From: an uncultured Gammaproteobacteria bacterium
Lineage (GTDB): Bacteria; Pseudomonadota; Gammaproteobacteria; UBA9214
DNA length: 64,000 bases
Assembly: GCA_963748215.1 (NCBI GenBank)
Contig: CAVVHS010000006.1
Location: 256,001 to 320,000 of the forward strand
Direction: 5' to 3'
The notes beneath the pieces were generated by a model. The model was not told the origin of the DNA. It did not search any database and saw nothing but the letters and a program-made list of their open reading frames with translations. A program made the position numbers and the translations under genes. Each line of letters begins with the position of its first letter. Position 1 is the first letter of the stretch. Positions 54,501-62,688 of this stretch are shown piece by piece.

Positions 54501-55136
54501 ATGTCTGAAACTACACCCAGGCCTTACGGAACACTGTTGCTTTTCGTTTTCTTTTGTCTGCTGCTGGCAGCGGTTTACTACTGGATGCTGCCTGGCAAGA
54601 CGGTTCCGGATGAACTCCAGGGTGTGCTCCGTCCCGAGCCGGTGCCATTGCAGGCGTTCGAACTGGTCGATCAATACCGGCAGCCTTTTGATCTGGAACG
54701 CCTGAAAGGGAAGTGGAGTCTTGTTTTTTTCGGCTATACCTTTTGCCCTGACATCTGTCCGACGACACTCTCAACCCTGAGCGGGGTGATCAAGCGACTG
54801 CAAGCCGATCCGCAGGGACTTGCCGGCACACAGGTCGTATTCGTTACCGTGGATCCACGGCGCGACACCCCGGATGTCATTGAAAGCTATCTGAAGTACT
54901 TCAATGATACCTTCCAGGGTGTCACCGGCCCGCAGCAGGATATCGACGGCCTGGCCCGGCAGTTTGGCGCAGGTTACGTAACCGAGCCGGAAACCGTGGT
55001 TGGACAATACCTGGTCAGCCACACCAGTTCGATTTTCCTGGTCGATCCGCGCGGACGCCTGCTCGCTGCATTTTCCCCGCCGCATGACCCCGGCACCATT
55101 GCCGATCAGTTCCGGCAGATTCGCTCACTTTTCTGA
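54501..55136 (+). CDS. SCO1/SenC copper chaperone
   Basis: FFGYTFCPDICP, VTVDPRRD, VSHTS. Confidence 0.92.
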   Translation: MSETTPRPYGTLLLFVFFCLLLAAVYYWMLPGKTVPDELQGVLRPEPVPLQAFELVDQYRQPFDLERLKGKWSLVFFGYTFCPDICPTTLSTLSGVIKRLQADPQGLAGTQVVFVTVDPRRDTPDVIESYLKYFNDTFQGVTGPQQDIDGLARQFGAGYVTEPETVVGQYLVSHTSSIFLVDPRGRLLAAFSPPHDPGTIADQFRQIRSLF

Positions 55137-55546
55137 TGGGCGTACTCCCCGGCAAATTCATCCTCGCGGTTTTCATGGTGCTGGCCATACTGGCTGGATG
55201 CGGCCAGGAGGTTGCATACACACCGGCTGAACTGGGTGCATTTATTGACGAGTTGAAGGCAGATGGCGTGGACGGGTCGTTGTTTATACGGGCGCCTCTC
55301 AACGAGGACATGGACTACATCGCAGAATATACAATAGCAAGGTATGCAAGTACGCGTGTCATTTCCTTCTTCAAATTCAAGGATGCTGAAAAGGCTGAGG
55401 CGGGTCTGCGGGAGGCCTTGAAGAATGACAAATTGTCCGGACAGGCTAGCAATGCGTCATTTGTCATGGCAGCGACATTTTACCCCCCGGATGACGAGGC
55501 GGTAGCGAAGATAAAAGCGCGGTTTCTTGTGCACAAATTTGACTGA
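55136..55546 (+). CDS. Hypothetical lipoprotein
   Basis: Lipobox LAGC; TGATG coupling on both sides. Confidence 0.7.
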   Translation: MGVLPGKFILAVFMVLAILAGCGQEVAYTPAELGAFIDELKADGVDGSLFIRAPLNEDMDYIAEYTIARYASTRVISFFKFKDAEKAEAGLREALKNDKLSGQASNASFVMAATFYPPDDEAVAKIKARFLVHKFD

Positions 55547-56307
55547 TGAAAAAGACCCGCGTTCTGCTTGTGCTGCTGGTCCTGTGCATTGCAGTTGTCG
55601 GTCTCTTACACCTGGTGACGCCGCAGCTCGATGCGGTGCAGGAGTGGGAATCGCGTAAACCCCGTTTCCAGCAGGCGGCAGACCATGCCGAGCCCCTGGT
55701 CAGGGCCATCACCGCGTACGCGTCCGCCTTCGGCCATCCACCATCGGCACTCGTCGACCTCATACCAGACTATATTGAAAAACTGCCCGCCACGGGGCTG
55801 CAGGAATGCCGCAGCTTCGAATACCGTTCTCTCATGCACAAGCAGGGCTCGATCGTGTGGTATGACCTGGGTTCAAGGCAGGGCGAGCCGTATTCCGGGG
55901 CGAGCCGGTACAGCGTTGGTGATCCGGATCACACCATCCTGGTGTTTGTGCTGGATGCGAAGGAACAAATCGCCAGCGCCCTGATCGACCGGATGCCGAA
56001 AGGCCGCGAGCCGCTGGATTTTGATCCGGAACGCTGGAAGGCCGCCGCAAACCGCATCGAGATGGCGCTGGCGCTGGCAGATACCTACAGACTGTATGGC
56101 ATGCCCAGAGACGTGTTCGAGGGTCTGCTTGGGGCTCCCGATGGCAGTCGGTCTGTGCACGGCACTCCCTGGGAATTGCGTATCAATTGCCCGACCGGTC
56201 TGCTGAACCACGATAGCTTTGTTTACTGGCCCACCGGGGAGTATCCGGAGCATCTGTATGGGGGGGTTACCGAGTCCGTTGGCAGATGGGTCTATGTCCA
56301 CAGCTGA
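55546..56307 (+). CDS. Hypothetical membrane-anchored protein
   Basis: N-terminal TM; pseudopilin-like helix LVRAITAY...GHPPSALVDLIPDY. Confidence 0.65.
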   Translation: MKKTRVLLVLLVLCIAVVGLLHLVTPQLDAVQEWESRKPRFQQAADHAEPLVRAITAYASAFGHPPSALVDLIPDYIEKLPATGLQECRSFEYRSLMHKQGSIVWYDLGSRQGEPYSGASRYSVGDPDHTILVFVLDAKEQIASALIDRMPKGREPLDFDPERWKAAANRIEMALALADTYRLYGMPRDVFEGLLGAPDGSRSVHGTPWELRINCPTGLLNHDSFVYWPTGEYPEHLYGGVTESVGRWVYVHS

Positions 56308-56434
56308 ATTTCCATCCCTGGCGTGGAACGATTTCTGGCGGCCGATATGCTAGCATTAACGCTGCGCAAAGTTGCAGGGTGCCGTCTGAAAATGCGCTTC
56401 GGCATCCGCACAGAATCAATGTCGGAGGTCCGCC

Positions 56435-56887
56435 ATGTTCGGTTTCAAGAGTTCTTCTGCCAGGGATAGCTCGCATTGCCTGCTGAAGGAGGTGGGTATA
56501 GCCGAGATCAACAAGCAGCACCTGCGCCTGGCGAGTTATGCCGTGGAGTTCAGCATGATCGTGGACGAGTTGTCCGGCAGGGAAGTCACCAACCAGGACT
56601 GGCGTCGAATCGACGCGCTGTTCAGCAAGATCATGCGCTACGTAGCGACACATTTCACGGAGGAAGAGGCGTTAATGCGCGAATACGGCTACCCGGACTA
56701 TGCCGCGCACAAGAAACTCCATGACAAGTTCTCCGCGGAGATGATAAAACTGCAGGCGGACATCAATAACCGGAATATCAAGTTCAAGAAGAAAATGAGC
56801 AGCCTGCTCTGGGACTGGCTGTATCACCACATCAACGAAATCGATTATCAGTACCGGGATTTCTTCCTGAGCAAGGGACTCAGCTGA
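56435..56887 (+). CDS. Bacteriohemerythrin
   Basis: QH, HFTEEE, HKKLH, HINEID di-iron ligands; GGAGG RBS. Confidence 0.9.
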   Translation: MFGFKSSSARDSSHCLLKEVGIAEINKQHLRLASYAVEFSMIVDELSGREVTNQDWRRIDALFSKIMRYVATHFTEEEALMREYGYPDYAAHKKLHDKFSAEMIKLQADINNRNIKFKKKMSSLLWDWLYHHINEIDYQYRDFFLSKGLS

Positions 56888-56895
56888 ATTATCGC

Positions 56896-57930
56896 TTATT
56901 TCGTGCCGGCGGCCAGGTATTCACGCAAGCCGTCCAGTGATTCGACCGGCCTGGAACTGTCTCCCGATACATAAACACCGTCATGGAATGACGCCATGAG
57001 CGGCGTGTTTTCCGTATCCGCGTTCATGACTATATAAAGAGCGCCGCTGTTGCCATCGCTATCGTTGAAACGGATTTCGACACATGATGCGGCGGACGCT
57101 TTTCCGCTGACCCCGGGCCGCATGTCGCAGGTGGTCAGTGCGTCCGGCCATATCACCATGCTGCGGGATGGCAGCGTGGACTCAAGCCAGTCCACCAGGC
57201 TGACATCACGCAAGCCCTGTTCAAGTGACGACGCGGACAGTGAGCGGACGATATCCGGTACCAGTCTCTGCCCGTCAGTATTGAGTGCCACTGTATCCAC
57301 ATGCCACACGGCGCCATTATTCCTGGTTTGAACGCGCAGCCGTTCCACACCCTTGAAGGTCTTTGACCTGGCCGTGAAGCTGACCTGGCCTGGGCCGGTT
57401 ACGCTGACCTGTTCATAGCGTGGCGCGCGGTCATCCTCGAAATCAAGATCGCGGCAATCCACCGGTCCGTTGGGCGCACAGGAATCCGGCTTCTCCACCG
57501 CATCGATCATCGATGCCGGCAAACGGCCCGGGTCCCAGCTGATAAAATGTCCACAGGCATCGAAGCTGATATTGAATGCACTGGTTTTCGCAACCAGGGT
57601 GTGGTTGTCCAGCACTTCATAATCGTCCTTCACGATGGAGGCGGCTTCCCTTGCACTCGTGTTGTCCTGGCCAGCCACAGCTCCCAGCATGCGCCATCCG
57701 GCATCCTGCCGGTCGTTTGCAGAAAAATCCGCGGTATTTTCCGACTGGCACATCACCACGGCATACTCGCCCAGATAATTAAAAGGGATATTGCGGTAGT
57801 AGCGCACAACCTTCAGCCTGATTTGCGGCCCTTGATAAAATTCATACTCATCCAGCCGTTGATTGGGTTCGCCGCAGGCAAGCAGCGTGAAAAGAAATAT
57901 TAAGACAAAACAGCAGGCAAGCTTCTTCAT
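56896..57930 (-). CDS. Hypothetical lipoprotein
   Basis: MKK..LLAC lipobox; ATGA overlap with the SirB2 stop. Confidence 0.65.
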   Translation of the reverse strand: MKKLACCFVLIFLFTLLACGEPNQRLDEYEFYQGPQIRLKVVRYYRNIPFNYLGEYAVVMCQSENTADFSANDRQDAGWRMLGAVAGQDNTSAREAASIVKDDYEVLDNHTLVAKTSAFNISFDACGHFISWDPGRLPASMIDAVEKPDSCAPNGPVDCRDLDFEDDRAPRYEQVSVTGPGQVSFTARSKTFKGVERLRVQTRNNGAVWHVDTVALNTDGQRLVPDIVRSLSASSLEQGLRDVSLVDWLESTLPSRSMVIWPDALTTCDMRPGVSGKASAASCVEIRFNDSDGNSGALYIVMNADTENTPLMASFHDGVYVSGDSSRPVESLDGLREYLAAGTK

Positions 57931-58316
57931 GAGACGAGCAGGGGATGTTTTGTCAGCGCCACGGCGACGATATACATGAAGCAGAGCTGTGCGGCAATCC
58001 AGCTGCCTACGCGAACTCTCCTTGTTTTGCCATATGTCAGGGCCAGCATGCCAAGACCGATATAGAAAACCAGGACCACGACCTTGGTCGTCAGCCAGGC
58101 GTGGACAAAGGGGTACTGCCGGATGGTGACAGACAGAACGATGGCACTTGCGAGCAGTATCGTATCGATCACCGGCGGCAGGCGCCGGGTCCACTTGCGC
58201 TGCAACAGGTCCGAGTCAATGATCATCCATATGCCGCGGATAAAGAACAGCATGAAGGTGATGATCACGCAGGAAACGTGTACATATTTTGCTGTCAGTA
58301 ACGCAGTGCCGGTCAT
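57927..58316 (-). CDS. SirB2 family membrane protein
   Basis: KYVHV, PPVIDTILLAS, WLTTK..YIGLG. Confidence 0.88.
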   Translation of the reverse strand: MTGTALLTAKYVHVSCVIITFMLFFIRGIWMIIDSDLLQRKWTRRLPPVIDTILLASAIVLSVTIRQYPFVHAWLTTKVVVLVFYIGLGMLALTYGKTRRVRVGSWIAAQLCFMYIVAVALTKHPLLVS

Positions 58317-58391
58317 ATGTTCCCTGTTTTGAGCGGTGTGATACCCTTTGACTGCTGTTGAAAACGGTTCGGACTGTATCGGGTGCTGAAA

Positions 58392-58637
58392 ATGGAAATA
58401 ATCTATTACACAATCGCCGCCATATTCCTGTATCTCGTCTCAGACCGGATTCTCAACCTGATCGAGATCAGGCGCGGCGCACGTTTCGAAAACCGTTCGC
58501 TGGTGTTTTTTGTGATCATCATGGTGCTGTCGGTAGTCCTGTTCAACCTGATCCAGCATTTTCGTCCGGCCGCGGAGTCACCTGTGTCCACGCAGGACGA
58601 CCAGGCCGGACACGAAGCAGGGATGCTGCAGCAGTAA
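58392..58637 (+). CDS. Small two-TM conserved hypothetical protein
   Basis: LYLVSDRILNLIE.RRG.RFENRSLVFF. Confidence 0.65.
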   Translation: MEIIYYTIAAIFLYLVSDRILNLIEIRRGARFENRSLVFFVIIMVLSVVLFNLIQHFRPAAESPVSTQDDQAGHEAGMLQQ

Positions 58638-58644
58638 CACATCT

Positions 58645-59148
58645 TTACTGATAGAAGAACTTGCCGGTTTCAGAGTCGAAATTGACGACCAGCAGCTGTG
58701 CCGGTTTCAGGGATACCGTTCGCTCGTCGGTATGTGTGTGGCCCTGCACATGCACACTGTCGTTCATTCCCACGGTCAACTTGTGTTCACCAGCCGGTAC
58801 TTTGGCGCTGACGTAGACATCGATTCCGAGGTCATTGTACAAGCCCGGTGGATGGAAAACTTTCCCGATGATTGGCTTGTCGTCCAGCAACAGGTCCACG
58901 GTGACGGGTGAACGTTCACGCGGACAGTCCACAGGAGCGCGCATATTGGGTGGCAGCCTGGCCAGTTCCTCCTGGGAAAGCGTGTGGCATTCCTCAATCC
59001 GCACTCCGGCGTGGGAAAATGCCATCGTGATGACTGCCTGGTCGGGTGTCAGATGGGTGTAAGCCGGCGCGGCCGAGAAGTACCATACCAGGAGCATGAA
59101 GACACCGTAGTTCACGGCCTGTAAGGGATAGCGCAGGAAAAAAGGCAC
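58645..59148 (-). CDS. Membrane-anchored periplasmic hypothetical protein, partner of the cyt b-FeS fusion
   Basis: GTG 59148, 4 bp after the upstream stop; TM; EECH..LPPNMRAPVDCPRERSP. Confidence 0.7.
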   Translation of the reverse strand: MPFFLRYPLQAVNYGVFMLLVWYFSAAPAYTHLTPDQAVITMAFSHAGVRIEECHTLSQEELARLPPNMRAPVDCPRERSPVTVDLLLDDKPIIGKVFHPPGLYNDLGIDVYVSAKVPAGEHKLTVGMNDSVHVQGHTHTDERTVSLKPAQLLVVNFDSETGKFFYQ

Positions 59149-59152
59149 TCCG

Positions 59153-60718
59153 CTACTCCCGCTGCTGCGCGGCGATGGTGTCAGCCACGTCGTTCCCCAG
59201 CGTGGCAATGTGGCGCTGAAAATCGTCAAGATGACGACGCAGTTTTGCCCCGTCGGTTGCGGCGGCACGAAATATGGTGATGCGCTCACGTCTGGCGCGT
59301 GTTCGCAGCACCGGCTTGCGTCTGCCCTCGAAACGCTGCTCCATCCAGGTATTTCCCAGACGGAAGAAGCAGTCACCGCTGCGGCATCCTGTAATGAAGA
59401 CCCCGTCCGCACCCTTTGCCTGTGCGTATTCAACGAGAGTGGGCGGGATCATTCCGGTGCAGAACAGGCTCAGCACGGCGACATTGTCTGACTGCAGTCC
59501 TGTGACGTCGATGGCATTGTCACAACCGAATACCATAATCCGGGTATCGCCCTTGAGTTCTGCCAGCGCCGATTCAGTCTGCGTCCGGATTTCGTCGATC
59601 GCGAACTGGGGCATATCGATGCCGGTTTCCAGTGTGCTTGCTGCTTGCCGGAAAGGATTGGATGAGTGACAGGAGCCGACACAGATGCCGCAGGCGCCGC
59701 ACTGGGCAGGGTTGACAACGACCTCGTTTTTCCAGCGGGCCCCGTCACTGCGCGCACGTACCGTGATGGCGTCGAACGGACAGTCTTCGGCGCATTGGCC
59801 ACAGCCATTGCACTGATCGAGATGCACCACCGCCACAGGCCCGGTTTTTCTGGGCGGCAGCCAGGGCATGATCATCAGCAGCAGGGTGACGCTGGTCGTC
59901 AGTAGCCAGACCTGATCTGCCGGCCACCTGTCGAGCAGGGGGTAGACATTGAGATAGAACCAGTCGAGTTTCAGTACCGCTGGCACCCTGGAGAGGTCCG
60001 CAGGTGCATGGCTGGTCGCCGGTACCAGCAGCGACAGTACGAGCAGCGCCAGTAAACTGCCCACCGCCAGACCCCGGGGGGCACTGATCTCGACATGGGA
60101 GAGCCGCTTGACATGAAGCCAGATGACAACGGCCAGTAATATCGGCTGTCCCAGCAGGTGCAGGAAGCCCATCAGGGTGAACAAGCGGTCTGTGAGCTGT
60201 CCCGTGAGGAAATCACGCGCCATGGAACCCGTCACCACCGGCAGTGAATCCATTAGCTGGGAGGAGAGGGTCGCAACATACAGCCCCAGTTCATCCCATA
60301 CGAGCCAGTAACCGGTAATACCCAGGGTGATAACGAACCACAGGGCTGGCACCCCGGTGACCCAGGACCACCAGCGGAAGCCATGATAGCGGCCGAGGGC
60401 GAACTCGCGGAACATATGCAGCAGAATGGTGACCACGGCGGCATCCGAGGCATAGCGATGCAGGCTGCGCATAATGCCGCCCGCATACCATTGCTTGTGG
60501 GTTATGGCCTCCACCGAGGTATAGGCACCGACAATGCTGGTGTCGAAAAAGATGAACAGGTAAAGGCCGCTGATGAGTACGACCCAGAAGAAGAAGAACG
60601 TGAGTGTGCCCAGGTGATAGAGGGGGTTCCAGACCGGCCCGAAAGATATGTTGAACCAGTCCTCGAGCAGGAGATAACTGCGCTTGATGGGATTAACGCG
60701 TGCGTTCACGGATGACAT
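59153..60718 (-). CDS. Cytochrome b(6)-like / 2[4Fe-4S] ferredoxin / MvhD-FlpD fusion
   Basis: RSLHRY, LLHMFR, FLHL, WLHV, GYWLVWD, DWFY; CNGCGQCAEDCP and CGACGICVGSC; FGC..CTG..DGVFITGCRSGDC. Confidence 0.85.
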   Translation of the reverse strand: MSSVNARVNPIKRSYLLLEDWFNISFGPVWNPLYHLGTLTFFFFWVVLISGLYLFIFFDTSIVGAYTSVEAITHKQWYAGGIMRSLHRYASDAAVVTILLHMFREFALGRYHGFRWWSWVTGVPALWFVITLGITGYWLVWDELGLYVATLSSQLMDSLPVVTGSMARDFLTGQLTDRLFTLMGFLHLLGQPILLAVVIWLHVKRLSHVEISAPRGLAVGSLLALLVLSLLVPATSHAPADLSRVPAVLKLDWFYLNVYPLLDRWPADQVWLLTTSVTLLLMIMPWLPPRKTGPVAVVHLDQCNGCGQCAEDCPFDAITVRARSDGARWKNEVVVNPAQCGACGICVGSCHSSNPFRQAASTLETGIDMPQFAIDEIRTQTESALAELKGDTRIMVFGCDNAIDVTGLQSDNVAVLSLFCTGMIPPTLVEYAQAKGADGVFITGCRSGDCFFRLGNTWMEQRFEGRRKPVLRTRARRERITIFRAAATDGAKLRRHLDDFQRHIATLGNDVADTIAAQQRE

Positions 60719-60782
60719 CTCCCGGGTTTCACCGGTGTGTGCGAATCAGTCTGCCCACGCACCAGGCATGCCGGTGGCTGTG

Positions 60783-60831
60783 CCGAAAAAGCATACTCAT
60801 CGCCGGATACATCATCCTTGATATTTCTCAA
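60783..60831 (-). promoter_or_regulatory. FNR/DNR box with class II promoter spacing
   Basis: TTGAT-ATTT-CTCAA (60818-60831); minus-strand TATGCT (60795-60790) puts the box centre at -41.5. Confidence 0.65.
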
Positions 60832-61712
60832 GTGCGTGCGGAGTCCCGGCCCTGCCTGAATTCGCGTACCAGGAGAAAGATGCCGGTAAGTATAATGGAA
60901 GCCCCGATAGCCATGCCAATAAACAGGGAATAGTCGAAATAGTAGGCATCGCGCACCGGGTCGTAGCTGGTACAGAACAGGTTCACCTTGTCCAGCAGTC
61001 CGGCGAGCAGGCCCTGATTCGGCTTGGGTCGTCCGAACACGAGTTCCTTGAGGGGTTCTACCAGTAACGGTGTATCGAATACCTCTCCGTACACCTGCCG
61101 GTAGACGCGACCCTCGGCGTCGATCACCGTGGTCTGCGTGATATGGTCGAACCCGCTGGGTGAAGAATAAAACTCAAACCCCAATTCCTTGCTCAGGACA
61201 TTGACGGTATCCGGGCTGGCGCTGAGCAGGTACCAGCCGCGGTCATCGATACCCTGCTTTTTGGCGAACTGGATCATGGCCTGCGGGCTGTCGTTGTAGG
61301 CATCGAAACCGAGCACGGCAACGTTGAAGCTGTCTTCACCCAGGGCCTTGCGTGCCTTCTCGACTACCCCGGCGAGATGGCGTGTGGTCATGGGGCAGAT
61401 CTGGGCGCAGCTGGTATAGATCAGGCTCAATACCAGCGGCTTGCCGCGCAGTTCGTGCATGGGCAGGGCGCGACCTTTGTCGTCGGTCAGGGAGTGATTG
61501 CCGAGCACCTGGCCGATGGCGTCCTGGCTCTTCTGAAGGGCTTCCTTGTAGCGAAATTCCTTGACCGGGTCCAGCGGCAGATTTCCTCTCGCCGATCCGT
61601 ATGCTGCCTGGGCTACGCAAAAAAATGCGCAACACATAACAGCGAGTAGCAGGACGGGAGACCGGGACGCATACCGCATGTTCGAGTGCCTCAAGGGCGA
61701 ATAACGCAGCAC
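60828..61712 (-). CDS. SCO/SenC family protein with C-terminal TM
   Basis: YTSCAQICP, FDHITQ; start uncertain. Confidence 0.85.
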   Translation of the reverse strand: MLRYSPLRHSNMRYASRSPVLLLAVMCCAFFCVAQAAYGSARGNLPLDPVKEFRYKEALQKSQDAIGQVLGNHSLTDDKGRALPMHELRGKPLVLSLIYTSCAQICPMTTRHLAGVVEKARKALGEDSFNVAVLGFDAYNDSPQAMIQFAKKQGIDDRGWYLLSASPDTVNVLSKELGFEFYSSPSGFDHITQTTVIDAEGRVYRQVYGEVFDTPLLVEPLKELVFGRPKPNQGLLAGLLDKVNLFCTSYDPVRDAYYFDYSLFIGMAIGASIILTGIFLLVREFRQGRDSART

Positions 61713-61718
61713 ACGTTA

Positions 61719-62630
61719 TCAGCCAATCAGCTGGGCGTCGAGTACGGCAAATACCAGTAGCACAATTAATTGAACCAGTGAGGCGAAAAAGGCACGCATG
61801 CCGTTCCCCGGGGAGGTGTCCTGCACCAGTAGCAGGCTACGGTAGATAAAATATCCGCCCCCGAGCAGGGCGCCGGCCAGGTACAGCCAGCCGAGGCCAA
61901 AGAAAAACGGCAGGATGGAGGTGCCCACCAGCAGTAGCGTGTGAGCCAGCACCACTTTGGCTGCTGTTGCATTGCCCACCTGCACCGGCAACATGGGCAC
62001 GCCGACGGCCTCGTAGTCCTTGTGCCGCGCGATGGCCAGGCTCCAGAAATGCGGAGGGGTCCAGAGGAACAGCACCATGGCCAGTATCAGGGGGACTGGT
62101 CCCAGGCCGGGATCGACCACGGCCGCGCCGGCGAGCACGGCAAAGCTGCCCGAGGCGCCACCGATCACAATGTTCATCGATGTGCGGCGTTTCAGCCATA
62201 CGGTATAGACGACGGCATAAAAGAACGCGCCCAGAAAGATATACAGGGCAGCCATGCCGTTGAGCAACCACCCGGCCATGCCCACGCCGACCAGCAGCAT
62301 GGCGCCGATCAACAGCAGCCACCAGCGTTCATGCGCAAAGGCGCCGGTCACGAAGGGGCGGTCAGCGGTGCGGCGCATGCGCGCATCGATGTCGGTCTCG
62401 TAATACTGGTTGAATGCGCCTGCACTGCTGGCCGCCAGCAGTACGGTGGCGGCCAGAACCAGCACCTGCCCGGGAGCTACCGGATGCCCGGGTGTCACGA
62501 CCAGGGCCACCACAGAGGTGAGAGCCATGACGATACCGATGCGCAGCTTGAAGAGATTGGACAACTGATTAAGCAGCGCCGGCCAGTCAAATGGCTGTGT
62601 TAATGCAGCATTTACAGAGACTCTTGGCAT
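61719..62630 (-). CDS. cyoE: Protoheme IX farnesyltransferase
   Basis: NQYYETDIDARMRRT..RP, YTVWLKRRT..NIVIGG, WTPPHFW. Confidence 0.93.
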   Translation of the reverse strand: MPRVSVNAALTQPFDWPALLNQLSNLFKLRIGIVMALTSVVALVVTPGHPVAPGQVLVLAATVLLAASSAGAFNQYYETDIDARMRRTADRPFVTGAFAHERWWLLLIGAMLLVGVGMAGWLLNGMAALYIFLGAFFYAVVYTVWLKRRTSMNIVIGGASGSFAVLAGAAVVDPGLGPVPLILAMVLFLWTPPHFWSLAIARHKDYEAVGVPMLPVQVGNATAAKVVLAHTLLLVGTSILPFFFGLGWLYLAGALLGGGYFIYRSLLLVQDTSPGNGMRAFFASLVQLIVLLVFAVLDAQLIG

Positions 62631-62688
62631 AATCGTGTACCCGTAAAGTCAATGCGGGGCGAGGTGATACCCCCGCCCCGCACGGGCG

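Noticed and set aside
59153-60718. Hydrogenase or bc1 complex
   Set aside because: No NiFe/FeFe catalytic subunit, Rieske protein or cytochrome c1 in the window.
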